From NCBI GenBank assembly GCA_964608675.1, contig CAZSOZ010000002.1, positions 64,001 to 128,000 on the forward strand: a stretch of 64,000 nucleotides of DNA, in the 5' to 3' direction. This document shows, one piece after another, positions 29,788 to 39,661 of this stretch (the stretch's first letter is position 1; each line of letters starts with the position of its first letter). Source of the DNA: an uncultured archaeon. Lineage in GTDB: Archaea > Iainarchaeota > Iainarchaeia > Iainarchaeales > 1-14-0-10-31-34. The notes below the pieces were generated by a model. It saw nothing but the letters and a program-made list of their open reading frames with translations, did not search any database and was not told the DNA's origin. A program made the position numbers and the translations under genes.

Positions 29788-30456
29788 TTATTTTGTTTGC
29801 TTTTCTGTTATTTTCCAGATTTCCTGATGAATTTCATTTTTTGATTTAAGTTTTTCTTTTGAAACACAGTCAATTTTAATCCAGTTTTCTTCTTTTTTGC
29901 ATAACTCCAAAAAAATTTCTCTTGTTTTTTTTTGGAAAATTAAATCTTTTTCATGAATATCCTTTTTTTCTTTCATGTAATTCTTTTGCTTTCTTGACTC
30001 CATTAATTTCTGAGAAAATTCAATTGGAACATCTAAAAAAAACACTAAATCAGGGGAAGGCATTCCAGCTTCAATTTTTTTAAGCCAATCCAAAAACTCA
30101 TGCTTTTTTTGTCTGCTTTCAAATTTTGCTGTCTGAAAACCAAAATTAGAAGTATAATATCTGTCCATTAACAAAACAAAACCTTTTTCTAAAAGTTCTT
30201 TGATTTCATTTTTTATTTCATATCTATCCAAAGAATAAAGCAAAGAAACAAATTCTTCAGAAAGCTCTTCTTTTTTTCCAAGTTCTCCCTTCAAATATTT
30301 TGCAATCAGTTTTCCAAAAAAAGATTCATACCTGGGAAAAGAAAAAATTTTTGTTTTAATTCCTTTTTCTTTGAGTTTTTCTGCAAGAATTGCGGTTTGA
30401 GTGGCTTTTCCGCTTGAATCAAGGCCTTCAAAAACAATAATTTTTCCTTTGTTCAT
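29788..30456 (-). CDS. tmk: Thymidylate kinase
   Basis: VFEGLDSSGKATQ, FPRY, DRYYTSN and PDLVFFLDVP. Confidence 0.93.
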   Translation of the reverse strand: MNKGKIIVFEGLDSSGKATQTAILAEKLKEKGIKTKIFSFPRYESFFGKLIAKYLKGELGKKEELSEEFVSLLYSLDRYEIKNEIKELLEKGFVLLMDRYYTSNFGFQTAKFESRQKKHEFLDWLKKIEAGMPSPDLVFFLDVPIEFSQKLMESRKQKNYMKEKKDIHEKDLIFQKKTREIFLELCKKEENWIKIDCVSKEKLKSKNEIHQEIWKITEKQTK

Positions 30457-30513
30457 GCTTTTATTATTAAGAAAACAATTTTTTAATCTTTTATTACTCT
30501 AAATATCATTTAA

Positions 30514-31824
30514 ATGAACAAAAAACAAAAAGAAATGGAATACCTAAATTTTTTGTTTTCTTCCCACAAGCTTGGAACAAAATTAGGTTTGGAAAGAATT
30601 TCTTTTTTATTAAAAGAATTAGGAAGCCCTCAATACAAATTCAAAACCATTCATATTGCAGGAACAAACGGAAAAGGATCAAACGTAGAATTAATCAGCC
30701 GGATTTTAATAGAACACGGCTTCAAGACAGCGGCCTATATTTCTCCTCACATAAAAAAATTCAGTGAAAGAATAAAAATCAACGAAAAAGAAATTTCAGA
30801 CAAAGACTTAATTAAAGAAATCAAAAAAATAAAAAAAATCATTGAAAAAAAACAAAAAATCGATTCATCTTTTCAGCCAACTTTTTTTGAATTCAGTGTA
30901 GCAATAGCCTACAATTATTTTGCAAGAAAAAAAGTTGATTATGCGGTAATTGAAACAGGATTAGGCGGAAGACTTGATGCAACCAATTTACTTAAACCAG
31001 AAATATGCATTATAACAAACATTTCAAAAGAACACACAAATTATTTAGGAGACACAATTGAAAAAATTGCAGGAGAAAAAGCTGAAATAATAAAACCAAA
31101 TTCAATTGCAGTAACCGGAGAAACAAAAAAGAATGTTCTTCAAATAATCAGAAAAAAAGCAAAAAAAGAAAACGTTAAATTATTTGAAGCAGAAAAAGAA
31201 TGCACTGCAACAAATTATTCTTTTTCTTTATTAAAACAAAAATTTGATTTAAAAGTTCAAAACAAAAAAATAAAAGGAATAGAATTATCTATGCTGGGCA
31301 AATTTCAATTAAAAAATGTTTTCACTGCAGTTCTGACAGTAAAAAAACTTGCAGAAAAAAACAATTTTTCTTTCAGCAAAACAAAAACAAAAAAAGGCCT
31401 GAAAAAAGCGTTTGTTCCCGGAAGATTTCAGTTAATAAACAAAAATCCTTTGATTGTATTTGATGCAGGCCACAATCCAGCCTGCTTTAAAAAAATAAAA
31501 GAAACCCTTCAAATAATGAAGAAAAAAAAATTATACAAAAAACTTATAATTTTGATTGCTTTGTCTTCAGACAAAGAAATAGAAAAAATCAGTAAAATAA
31601 TTTTTCCTTTGGCTTCAAAAATAATTATTACTCAAGCAAAATACAGAGGAATGGAACTCGAAAAAATTGCAGGGCATGCAGACAAATACAAAAAAGGTTA
31701 CATTGGCTTTTATGATTCAGACGAAGCATTTGATTTTGCTTTAACTGAAACAGAAAAAAAAGATTTGCTTTTAGCAGTAGGCTCAATTTTCTTTTTAGGA
31801 GAAATTAACGTTGACTTTGTTTAA
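30514..31824 (+). CDS. folC: Folylpolyglutamate/dihydrofolate synthase
   Basis: IHIAGTNGKGS, ETGLGGRLDATN, PGRFQ and DAGHNP. Confidence 0.96.
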   Translation: MNKKQKEMEYLNFLFSSHKLGTKLGLERISFLLKELGSPQYKFKTIHIAGTNGKGSNVELISRILIEHGFKTAAYISPHIKKFSERIKINEKEISDKDLIKEIKKIKKIIEKKQKIDSSFQPTFFEFSVAIAYNYFARKKVDYAVIETGLGGRLDATNLLKPEICIITNISKEHTNYLGDTIEKIAGEKAEIIKPNSIAVTGETKKNVLQIIRKKAKKENVKLFEAEKECTATNYSFSLLKQKFDLKVQNKKIKGIELSMLGKFQLKNVFTAVLTVKKLAEKNNFSFSKTKTKKGLKKAFVPGRFQLINKNPLIVFDAGHNPACFKKIKETLQIMKKKKLYKKLIILIALSSDKEIEKISKIIFPLASKIIITQAKYRGMELEKIAGHADKYKKGYIGFYDSDEAFDFALTETEKKDLLLAVGSIFFLGEINVDFV

Positions 31825-31895
31825 TTTTTCAACAAGTTTAAAAATTCTTGCATTATTAATTTTCTTATAAACTTTTTGGCCAGGTGAATTAAAAA

Positions 31896-32603
31896 ATGAA
31901 AATTAATTTAAGAAAGTTGATTACAGTAAAAAGAATAATGTTTTTTGCATTATTTGCAGTTCTTGTTTTAATTGCAAAACAAATCAATTTTTCTGCTTTA
32001 ATAGGAACAGAAAATCAGGCATTCACTTTATTTCAGTTCTTTGGTCCAATAGCAGGAAGTTTTCTTGGGCCTTTTATTGGAGCAGGAACAGTTTTAATTG
32101 CACAATTAAGTGAAATGCTTTTGTTTGGCAAAGCATTTGATTTCATTGCATTATTCAGGCTTACGCCAATGATTTTTGCAGCAGTTTATTTCGGGTTATA
32201 CGCAAAAAAACAATTCAATTATACAGCAGTAATTCCCTTGCTTGCAATAATTGCTTTTGTACTGCATCCAGTTGGACAACAAGCATGGTTTTATTCTTTG
32301 TATTGGCTGATTCCCATTCTTGCAGCAGTTTTCAGCAAAAGGCTTTTCTTTAGAAGCCTTGGAAGCACTTTTACAGCCCACGCAATAGGAAGCATTGCAT
32401 TTTTGTACAGCATTCCAACTACTCCAGACTTATGGATTGCATTAATTCCAATTGTAGCAGTTGAAAGACTATTGTTTGCTTCAGGAATAAGCCTTTCCTT
32501 TATTGGATTCACAACAATTTTAACAAAACTCGAAAACTATATTCCAAACAAAATTATTTCAATCAACAAAAAATATGCATTACAGAACATGTTAAGCCGT
32601 TAA
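31896..32603 (+). CDS. Membrane protein resembling an ECF S-component, candidate folate transporter
   Basis: About 6-7 TM helices, FTLFQFFGPIAGSFLGPFIG S-component-like motif, located between folC and glyA. Confidence 0.55.
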   Translation: MKINLRKLITVKRIMFFALFAVLVLIAKQINFSALIGTENQAFTLFQFFGPIAGSFLGPFIGAGTVLIAQLSEMLLFGKAFDFIALFRLTPMIFAAVYFGLYAKKQFNYTAVIPLLAIIAFVLHPVGQQAWFYSLYWLIPILAAVFSKRLFFRSLGSTFTAHAIGSIAFLYSIPTTPDLWIALIPIVAVERLLFASGISLSFIGFTTILTKLENYIPNKIISINKKYALQNMLSR

Positions 32604-32632
32604 AAAGGCTTAACTTTTCTCTTTCTTTTCTT
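32591..32632 (+). terminator. Hairpin plus pyrimidine tract
   Basis: GTTAAGCC-n8-GGCTTAAC followed by TTTTCTCTTTCTTTT. Confidence 0.55.
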
Positions 32633-32694
32633 CCAAAACGAATTTATTTCTTTTCTTCTTTGTTTTTTTATTACTTTTTTTTGGGGGAAATTAA

Positions 32695-33933
32695 ATGAAT
32701 TTAGAAAACATAAAAAAACAGGATTCAATTGTATTTAATGCAATAGAAAACGAAACAGAAAGACAAATGTACGGCCTTGAAATGATTGCATCAGAAAACT
32801 ATGTATCCAAAGCCGTATTAGAAGCCATGGGTTCTGTTTTTACAAACAAATACTCTGAAGGCTACCCTCAAAAAAGATATTATGGAGGCAACGAATTCGT
32901 TGACGTAATTGAATCCCTTGCAATCGACCGCGCAAAAAAATTATTTAATGCTGAACACGTTAATGTACAACCTTATTCTGGAAGTCCTGCTAATCAAGCA
33001 GTCTTTTTTGCTTTACTGGAATTAGGAGACAAATTTATGGGAATGAGTTTAGCAATGGGAGGCCATTTAACGCACGGTCATAAAATTTCTTTTTCAGGAA
33101 AACAATATTCAGCCATAGGCTATGGAGTCGACAAAGAAACAGAATTAATTGACTATGATGAAATCAGAAAAAAAGCATTAGAAGAAAAACCTAAAATGAT
33201 TATTTCCGGTGCATCAGCTTACCCAAGAAAAATTGACTTCAAAAAACTAAAAGAAATAGCAGAAGAAGTTCAAGCAATTTCTTTTGCTGACATAGCCCAT
33301 ATTGCCGGCTTATGTTGTTCAGGCCTGCACGAAAACCCTGTTCCATTCTTTGATGTAGTCACTACAACCACACATAAAACTTTAAGAGGTCCCAGAGGCG
33401 CAATGATTTTATGCAAAGAAGAATTAAGCGAAAAAATCGACAAAGCAGTTTTTCCCGGCTTGCAGGGAGGACCGCATGACCACATTAATGCAGGAAAGGC
33501 AGTGGCTTTTGGCGAAGCCTTAAAACCTGAATTCAAAGATTATGGAAAACAAATAATCAAAAACGCACAAACTTTATCTGATTCCCTGCAGGATTACGGT
33601 TTTAGAATTGTTTCAGGCGGAACAGACAACCACCTGCTTTTAGTGGATTTAACCAAAAAAGACATTACAGGAAAAGAAGCAGAAACCATTTTAGATGAAG
33701 CAGGAATTTACTGCAACAAAAACATGATTCCATTTGACACCAAATCTCCTTTCAATCCATCCGGAATCCGATTGGGAACACCTGCTTTAACTACAAGAGG
33801 CTTTAAAGAAAATGAAATGAAACAAGTCGCTGAATGGATCAACAAAGTAATTGAATCCAAGTCAGATACTTTAGTGAGAAAAAAAGTCCGCGAAGAAGTA
33901 AAAGAATTATGCAAAAATTTCATTATTTACTAA
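32695..33933 (+). CDS. glyA: Serine hydroxymethyltransferase, bacterial THF type
   Basis: [22 protein letters not shown] and [13 protein letters not shown]. Confidence 0.98.
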   Translation: MNLENIKKQDSIVFNAIENETERQMYGLEMIASENYVSKAVLEAMGSVFTNKYSEGYPQKRYYGGNEFVDVIESLAIDRAKKLFNAEHVNVQPYSGSPANQAVFFALLELGDKFMGMSLAMGGHLTHGHKISFSGKQYSAIGYGVDKETELIDYDEIRKKALEEKPKMIISGASAYPRKIDFKKLKEIAEEVQAISFADIAHIAGLCCSGLHENPVPFFDVVTTTTHKTLRGPRGAMILCKEELSEKIDKAVFPGLQGGPHDHINAGKAVAFGEALKPEFKDYGKQIIKNAQTLSDSLQDYGFRIVSGGTDNHLLLVDLTKKDITGKEAETILDEAGIYCNKNMIPFDTKSPFNPSGIRLGTPALTTRGFKENEMKQVAEWINKVIESKSDTLVRKKVREEVKELCKNFIIY

Positions 33934-33989
33934 AAAAACTGAATTTTGCTAATCAGCACATTAATAACAAAGTACTACTATTATTTTTT

Positions 33990-34256
33990 ATGACTAAAAT
34001 AAAAAAATCAAATAAACTTTTTTTAACGCAAAATCATCACCCAAAAAAAAACCCTAAGATATGGATTAAATTACTGAATTCAGTGAGCAGGACAGGCCAT
34101 ACAAGCGGACCAACAAGCGAGAACTATATTCAGGGATATAAAACAGTGTTTGAAAAATGGGGAATAATCAACAAAAGAGGCATTGACTTAAATGCAGTGA
34201 ACAAAGTAATTAAAGAATACGATGAAACAAGAAAACTGCCTGAATTCAAGCCTTAA
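33990..34256 (+). CDS. Small orphan protein
   Basis: 88-aa ORF from ATG 33990 with a basic N-terminus; no family recognised. Confidence 0.5.
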   Translation: MTKIKKSNKLFLTQNHHPKKNPKIWIKLLNSVSRTGHTSGPTSENYIQGYKTVFEKWGIINKRGIDLNAVNKVIKEYDETRKLPEFKP

Positions 34257-34369
34257 ACCAAATTCTTTAAATGATTTTATTTAGTAAAACAACTGCCGCG
34301 TCCAGCCTGACATGCGGGCAAAGCAGTTTAAAAAGAAACCCTTTAAAGACTTCATTTGCTAAAATATTT

Positions 34370-35218
34370 ATGGCAGAAAAGATAATTAATGGAACAAAGC
34401 TTGCAGAAAAAATCAAGTCTGAAGTCGCTTTAGAAATAAAAGAATTAAACTTTAAACCAAAACTGTCCCTGATTTTAGTTGGAAACGACCCTGCCTCACA
34501 AATTTACGTGAAAAAAAAGCATTCAGCCTGTGAAGAAGTTGGAATCATTTCAGACCAGCATTTTTTTTCAGAAAATGTTTCAGAACAAGAAATAATTGAC
34601 TTAATTGAAGAACTAAACAAAGATAATTCTGTTTCAGGAATTTTAGTTCAACTTCCACTGCCAAAACAAATTAATGCATGGAAAATAATGGAATTAATTT
34701 CTCCTTCAAAAGACGTTGACGGCTTTCACCCAATTAATGCAGGAAAAACTTTAATAGGACAAGAAAGCTTTAAGCCTGCCACTCCATTAGGAGTAATAAA
34801 AATACTTGAAAGCATTAAAATCAAATTAGAAGGCAAACACGCTGTTATTGTCGGCACAAGCAATATTGTTGGAAAACCATTAGGATTAATGCTGTTAAAC
34901 AAGAAATGCACTGTTTCTTACTGCAATAAATTCACTTCAAATTTAAAAGAACACACTAAGCAGGCAGACATTTTGATTTCTGCTGTAGGCAAACCCAAAC
35001 TCATTACAAAAGACATGATTAAAAAAAATGCAATAGTAATTGATGTAGGTACAACAAAACTTGATTCAGGCAAACTATCCGGAGACGTGGATTTTGATGA
35101 AGCCAAAAAAATTGCTTCATTTATTACTCCGGTTCCAGGCGGAGTTGGACCATTAACTGTTGCCTGCTTAATGCAAAACACATTAAAAGCCGAGAAAATG
35201 AAAAAAATACTAAAATAA
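34370..35218 (+). CDS. folD: Methylene-THF dehydrogenase/cyclohydrolase
   Basis: GILVQLPLP, KDVDGFHP and ITPVPGGVGPLTVACL; start reassigned to MAEKIING. Confidence 0.97.
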   Translation: MAEKIINGTKLAEKIKSEVALEIKELNFKPKLSLILVGNDPASQIYVKKKHSACEEVGIISDQHFFSENVSEQEIIDLIEELNKDNSVSGILVQLPLPKQINAWKIMELISPSKDVDGFHPINAGKTLIGQESFKPATPLGVIKILESIKIKLEGKHAVIVGTSNIVGKPLGLMLLNKKCTVSYCNKFTSNLKEHTKQADILISAVGKPKLITKDMIKKNAIVIDVGTTKLDSGKLSGDVDFDEAKKIASFITPVPGGVGPLTVACLMQNTLKAEKMKKILK

Positions 35219-35336
35219 ATAAAATCAAAAAAATAAGGAATAAAAAAAATAATTAAAAGAAAAAAATTAATGAAAAAAAATTAAAAGAATTTAAAGGAAA
35301 AAAAATCATGAAAATCAAAATTTTTTGGGAATTAAA

Positions 35337-35942
35337 ATGAAGAGAATCGCTGTTTTAGGTTCAACTAATGGAACAGATTTTCCTGCAGTATTTGATTCAG
35401 TTCAAAATATGGACGCAAAAATTTCTGTTGTAATCTCAAACAAAAAAAATGCAGGAATTTTAGAGAAAGCAAAAGAAAAAGCAGTTGAAACTTTATTCAT
35501 TGACCCAAAAAATTTTAAGTCAAGAGAAGAATGCGACAAAAAATTATTGAATGAATTAAAAAAAAGAGGCATTGATTTAATTGTTTTAATCGGCTACATG
35601 AAATGGATTACAAAACCTTTATTGGAAGCCTACAAAAATAAGATAATGAATATTCATCCTTCTTTGCTTCCAGACTTTCCCGGCATGGACTTAAATGTCC
35701 ACAAGGCAGTTCTTGATGCAGGCAAAAAAGTTTCCGGCGCAACAGTGTTTTTTGTTGATAAAGGCCAAGACTCCGGTCCAGTCATTTTACAGGAATCAGT
35801 TGAAGTAATTGAAGGGGAAACAGTTGATTCCCTGAAAAAAAAGATTCAGGCAGTTGAACAAGAAATCCTTCCAAAAGCCATCAAATTATTCTGCGAAGAC
35901 AAACTAAAAGTTAAAGGAAAAAAAGTAATTATTTTGGAATAA
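35337..35942 (+). CDS. purN: Phosphoribosylglycinamide formyltransferase
   Basis: GSTNGTD, NIHPSLLP and DSGPVILQ. Confidence 0.95.
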   Translation: MKRIAVLGSTNGTDFPAVFDSVQNMDAKISVVISNKKNAGILEKAKEKAVETLFIDPKNFKSREECDKKLLNELKKRGIDLIVLIGYMKWITKPLLEAYKNKIMNIHPSLLPDFPGMDLNVHKAVLDAGKKVSGATVFFVDKGQDSGPVILQESVEVIEGETVDSLKKKIQAVEQEILPKAIKLFCEDKLKVKGKKVIILE

Positions 35943-36084
35943 AATGAAGTTTAATGAAAAAAAGCAAAAAATTGAATCAGCAATTAATTGAATAAAAAAT
36001 AAAATGAAATAAACAAAAAAAGAATTAAATTGAATAAAAATAAAAAAGAATTGAGGAATTATTTAATTGAAGTGAATTTTTTTT

Positions 36085-37623
36085 ATGACTGAAGTTAAAA
36101 CAGCTTTAATTAGTGTTTCAAACAAAACAGGCTTAATTGCTTTTGCCCATGAACTCCAAAAGCTTGGCATTAAATTGATTTCAACCGGCGGAACCTTTAA
36201 AGCCTTAAAACAGGCAGGAATTAAAGTACAAAAAGTATCTGATTTCACTTCTTTCCCTGAATTAATGGACGGCAGAGTCAAAACATTGCATCCAAAAATT
36301 CATGCAGGCATTCTAGCTTTGCGTGACAACAAAAATCATTTAGAGCAAGCCAAAAAAAATTCCATTGAATTCATTGACTTAGTTGTAATCAATTTATATC
36401 CCTTCAAAGAAACAATAGAAAAAAACTCTTCTTTTAGTGAATGCATTGAAAACATTGATATTGGCGGGCCTTCAATGATTCGTTCTGCAGCCAAAAACCA
36501 TAAGTTTGTCGGAATAATAACTTCTCCTGCTCAATACCCTGCAATTCTGAATGAATTAAAGAAAAACAAAAACAATTTATCTGATTCAACTAAAAAAGAG
36601 TTAGCAAGAAAAGCCTTTGAATTAACTGCATCCTATGATTCCATTATATCCAATTACCTTAATGAACAATTCGGCGTTAAATTTCCTGAAACCCATTCCC
36701 TTTCATTCAATAAAATCGCTGAAGCCAGATATGGCGAAAATCCTCATCAGTCAGCCTCAATTTATTCTGATGCAATAAAATCCAAAGGAAACTTAACTGA
36801 TATTGAAATCCTTAATGGAAAAGAAATGTCTTTCAACAATTATTTTGATGCTGACTCCTGCTTAAATTTATGCAAAGAATTTTCCCAGCCAGCAGCAGTT
36901 ATTCTCAAGCATACTAATCCCTGTGGAGTCGCAGTTTCAGATAAACTTGAAGACGCTTTTCAAAACGCTTTGGACTGCGATCCAGAATCAGCTTTTGGCG
37001 GGGTAATTGCCTTAAACAGAAAAGTTAATTTGGAAACCGCAAAAAAAATTACTTCTTTTTTCAACGAAATCGTTTTGGCTCCAGATTACGACAAAGATGC
37101 TTTAATTGAACTTAAATCCAAGAAAAACCTTAGAGTCATTAAAGTAAACAATTTTAATTCAGTTATTTCTGGTTTTGATTTAAAGAGAATCAAAGGCGGT
37201 TTACTCGTCCAAGACTTTGATAAAAAGAAAATTTCCAAAAATGAATTAAAAATTGTTTCCAAGAAACAGCCTTCTGATGAACAGCTTGATGAATTATTGT
37301 TTGCTTGGACTGTCTGTAAGCACGTTAAATCCAATGCAATCGTAATAAGCAGGAATAAATCTGTTGTTGGTTTAGGCATTGGCCAGACTTCCAGAGTTAA
37401 ATCTGTTAAAATCGCTTTAGAGCAATCCCAGTCAAAACTAGACAACGCTGTTTTGGCTTCTGATGGTTATTTTCCTTTTGCTGATTCAATTGAAGCCTTA
37501 CCTTCAGAAATTCAGGCTGTCGTTGAGCCCGGCGGAAGCATTCGAGACAACGAAGTAATTGAGGCTGCAGACAAAAAAGGCATTTCACTGGTTTTTACTG
37601 GGGCAAGACACTTTAAGCACTAG
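36085..37623 (+). CDS. purH: Bifunctional AICAR transformylase/IMP cyclohydrolase
   Basis: ALISVSNKTG, GRVKTLHP, RYGENPHQ, KHTNPCG and RHFKH. Confidence 0.98.
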   Translation: MTEVKTALISVSNKTGLIAFAHELQKLGIKLISTGGTFKALKQAGIKVQKVSDFTSFPELMDGRVKTLHPKIHAGILALRDNKNHLEQAKKNSIEFIDLVVINLYPFKETIEKNSSFSECIENIDIGGPSMIRSAAKNHKFVGIITSPAQYPAILNELKKNKNNLSDSTKKELARKAFELTASYDSIISNYLNEQFGVKFPETHSLSFNKIAEARYGENPHQSASIYSDAIKSKGNLTDIEILNGKEMSFNNYFDADSCLNLCKEFSQPAAVILKHTNPCGVAVSDKLEDAFQNALDCDPESAFGGVIALNRKVNLETAKKITSFFNEIVLAPDYDKDALIELKSKKNLRVIKVNNFNSVISGFDLKRIKGGLLVQDFDKKKISKNELKIVSKKQPSDEQLDELLFAWTVCKHVKSNAIVISRNKSVVGLGIGQTSRVKSVKIALEQSQSKLDNAVLASDGYFPFADSIEALPSEIQAVVEPGGSIRDNEVIEAADKKGISLVFTGARHFKH

Positions 37624-37673
37624 CCGATTTCGCTCGGCTGTGACGAAATATGTCGCCCTGTTTGCAACAGGGC
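37622..37673. repeat. Three abutting GC-rich hairpins/palindromes
   Basis: AGCCGA-tttcgc-TCGGCT, GTGAC-gaaatat-GTCGC and GCCCTGTT-tgc-AACAGGGC. Confidence 0.8.
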
Positions 37674-37709
37674 ATTAATATTCTTCTTATAGTTCGAATT
37701 TGATTTCCC

Positions 37710-37877
37710 TCATTTAACTGCAGGGATATATACATATATCGGAAATGCAACGCTTTTTCTGGTTGAATTTTTTTTGAAATAAACAAGCCAGATTTCTTTC
37801 TCATTTTTATGGTGTTCTGCAAGCCAGGAACGCCATGCTTTTCTGTTAGTTGCATAAAGCGTTTTTCCAATTTTCAT
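37710..37877 (-). pseudogene. Truncated YdeI/OmpD-associated (COG4430-like) gene, N-terminal ~44 aa only
   Basis: Hand translation MKIGKTLYATNRKAWRSWLAEHHKNEKEIWLVYFKKNSTRKSVA then unrelated FPIYVYIPAVK*; the expected EALCFGWID part is absent. Confidence 0.75.
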
Positions 37878-38248
37878 CTAATTAATCAAATAATGATATC
37901 AATAAAAAACAAGGCAAAAACCACTCTTGCACAAAACATCAAAAAAACCAGATTATTGTTTATTCCGCATTGTGGTGGGCGGCTTTTACAGTTTTCCTCA
38001 ATTATAGTATTTAGATGCTTAACTAAAATGAGAATTCATTCTTCCATTCTGTTAAACAAATAAATTGTCAGAGAAATGAAGACAGCAGTGAAGACGAATA
38101 AACCAGTAAACAAAGAAAAAAAGGGATTTCAGAGATAAATGAAAAAATAGTTTTTTACGTCTTTTCTTTTTCTGCAAAAAAATTCGTCGATTGACTTAGA
38201 ATAAACTTTAAGAACCTTTTTTTGCTGAATAAATAAATTTAAATACAT

Positions 38249-38268
38249 CATTATAATATATTATAATG
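38249..38268. promoter_or_regulatory. Palindromic operator of the VapBC operon
   Basis: Perfect 20-bp palindrome CATTATAATATATTATAATG between the TATA-like TTTAAATA (38238-38245) and the antitoxin start. Confidence 0.7.
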
Positions 38269-38276
38269 GTGGTGTT

Positions 38277-38483
38277 GTGGAAATGTTTGAAGCAAAAGTA
38301 AGGAAAGTGGGAACTTCTTTAGGAGTATTGATTCCTAAAGAGAATGCAGAAAAAAGCAGGCTGAAAGAAGGCTCTAAAGTTAAAATAGTTGTAGTCAAAA
38401 AAAACCTGAAGCTGATTGACAAAATGTTTGGTTCAGTTAAAGGAAAACCGTTTGAAAGAGACCATTCAGACAGAGTGATTTAA
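38277..38483 (+). CDS. vapB: AbrB/MazE-type antitoxin (VapB)
   Basis: KVRKVGTSLGVLIPKE...LKEGSKV; coupled to the PIN gene. Confidence 0.88.
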   Translation: MEMFEAKVRKVGTSLGVLIPKENAEKSRLKEGSKVKIVVVKKNLKLIDKMFGSVKGKPFERDHSDRVI

Positions 38484-38848
38484 TGCTTTTGGACACTTAT
38501 GCCTGGGTTGAATACTTTTTGGGTTCAACTAAAGGAAAAAAAGTTAAAAAAATGCTTAAAGAAAATGAGTGTTTTACTTCAGCTATTTCTCTAGCTGAAA
38601 TCAGTTGTTGGCTAAGAAAAAACAAGGAAAGCAGGGAAAAGCTGGATTCAGTTAAAAATTTTTCTACTGTTTTATCCTTGGATAACGATTTGCTTGAATC
38701 AGCAGGAATAATCAGTTATGAAAAAAAGCAGTCAGTAAAAGATTTTGGTTTGGTTGATGCAATCATTCTTGCAACATCAAAAATTTATGATTTGCCGGTA
38801 GTAACAGGAGACAAGCATTTTGAAAAAGAAAATGCAATAATGCTTTAA
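38483..38848 (+). CDS. vapC: PIN-domain toxin VapC
   Basis: LLDTYAWVEY, SLAEI, DAIILAT and VTGDKHF. Confidence 0.92.
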   Translation: MLLDTYAWVEYFLGSTKGKKVKKMLKENECFTSAISLAEISCWLRKNKESREKLDSVKNFSTVLSLDNDLLESAGIISYEKKQSVKDFGLVDAIILATSKIYDLPVVTGDKHFEKENAIML

Positions 38849-38860
38849 CAAATCTGGATT

Positions 38861-38983
38861 TTACTTTAAGTGTTTTGCATACTTTCCAAGGGCTTCATCA
38901 GAATTAAGCAGTTTTCTTTTTCCACTATCAATTTCTTTGTTTAGCCTATCAAGCTTTCTGTTTACTAACTCAACTTCATTCAT
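38861..38983 (-). CDS. 40-aa protein, possible orphan antitoxin (not in ORF track)
   Basis: Hand translation MNEVELVNRKLDRLNKEIDSGKRKLLNSDEALGKYAKHLK; GTGGTTTAATG start context as used elsewhere in the window. Confidence 0.5.
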   Translation of the reverse strand: MNEVELVNRKLDRLNKEIDSGKRKLLNSDEALGKYAKHLK

Positions 38984-39001
38984 TAAACCACTCATAAAAT
39001 T

Positions 39002-39571
39002 TCACCTGCATTCAATAATTTCTTTTTCGGTAATAATTTTTTGCACTGGAATATCATGTTTTTCGCAAACAACTTTTTTGCTGATTTGATTGGAAAAAGC
39101 AAGGGCAACAACCGGAACTTTTTTGGAGATTCCTTTCAAAAATTTATCATAATAGCCTTTGCCGAAACCGATTCTATTTCCTTTTTTGTCAAATACAATG
39201 CCTGGAACAATAATAAAATCAAGGTCTTTTTTATTGAACGGACGAACAAACTTTTCTAACGGCTGGAAGATTCCATACTTGTTTGGAAACAATTCTTTGT
39301 TGAAGTCTTTTAACTGGCTTAAATGAATGACTTCTTTTTTGAAGTCAATGACTGGAACAACCACTTTCTTTTTTCTTTTAAGTAATTCTAAAATGATTTC
39401 TCTTGTTTGAACTTCAGATTTAAATGAAATGTATACCATAACTTTTTGTGCTGTCCACAAGTCTTTTACTGAAAAAAGCTTTTCTTTTATTTCAGCGCTT
39501 TTTTCAATGATTTCTTCTGTTGAAAGAGCATCTCTTTTCTGCATGAATTGTTTTCTTTGTTTTTTCTTCAT
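39002..39571 (-). CDS. fau: 5-formyltetrahydrofolate cyclo-ligase
   Basis: YISFKSEV, IIVPGIVFDKKGNRIGFGKGYYDKFL and HDIPV. Confidence 0.95.
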   Translation of the reverse strand: MKKKQRKQFMQKRDALSTEEIIEKSAEIKEKLFSVKDLWTAQKVMVYISFKSEVQTREIILELLKRKKKVVVPVIDFKKEVIHLSQLKDFNKELFPNKYGIFQPLEKFVRPFNKKDLDFIIVPGIVFDKKGNRIGFGKGYYDKFLKGISKKVPVVALAFSNQISKKVVCEKHDIPVQKIITEKEIIECR

Positions 39572-39661
39572 ATCAATTAAATTACGCTGAAAGTAATTAA
39601 AAACAGCCGGCATGCAAAACTTTTTTAAGTGGAAAACTTATTTATTTAAAGAGGATATTAA

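Noticed and set aside
34291-34328. ZMP/ZTP (pfl) or THF riboswitch upstream of folD
   Set aside because: Only the TGCCG...GGGCA ends resemble the ZTP 3' hairpin. The 5' GACTGGCG domain is absent and the hairpin seems to lie upstream of the folD TATA box.
35219-36084. A-rich spacers around purN with short repeats such as AATTGAATAAAAA
   Set aside because: Low-complexity and irregularly spaced, with no array structure or convincing ORF.
37613-38063. ORF-track proteins 37613-37870 (-) and 37809-38063 (+)
   Set aside because: The recognisable coding signal is the YdeI-like fragment in a different minus-strand frame (37710-37877).
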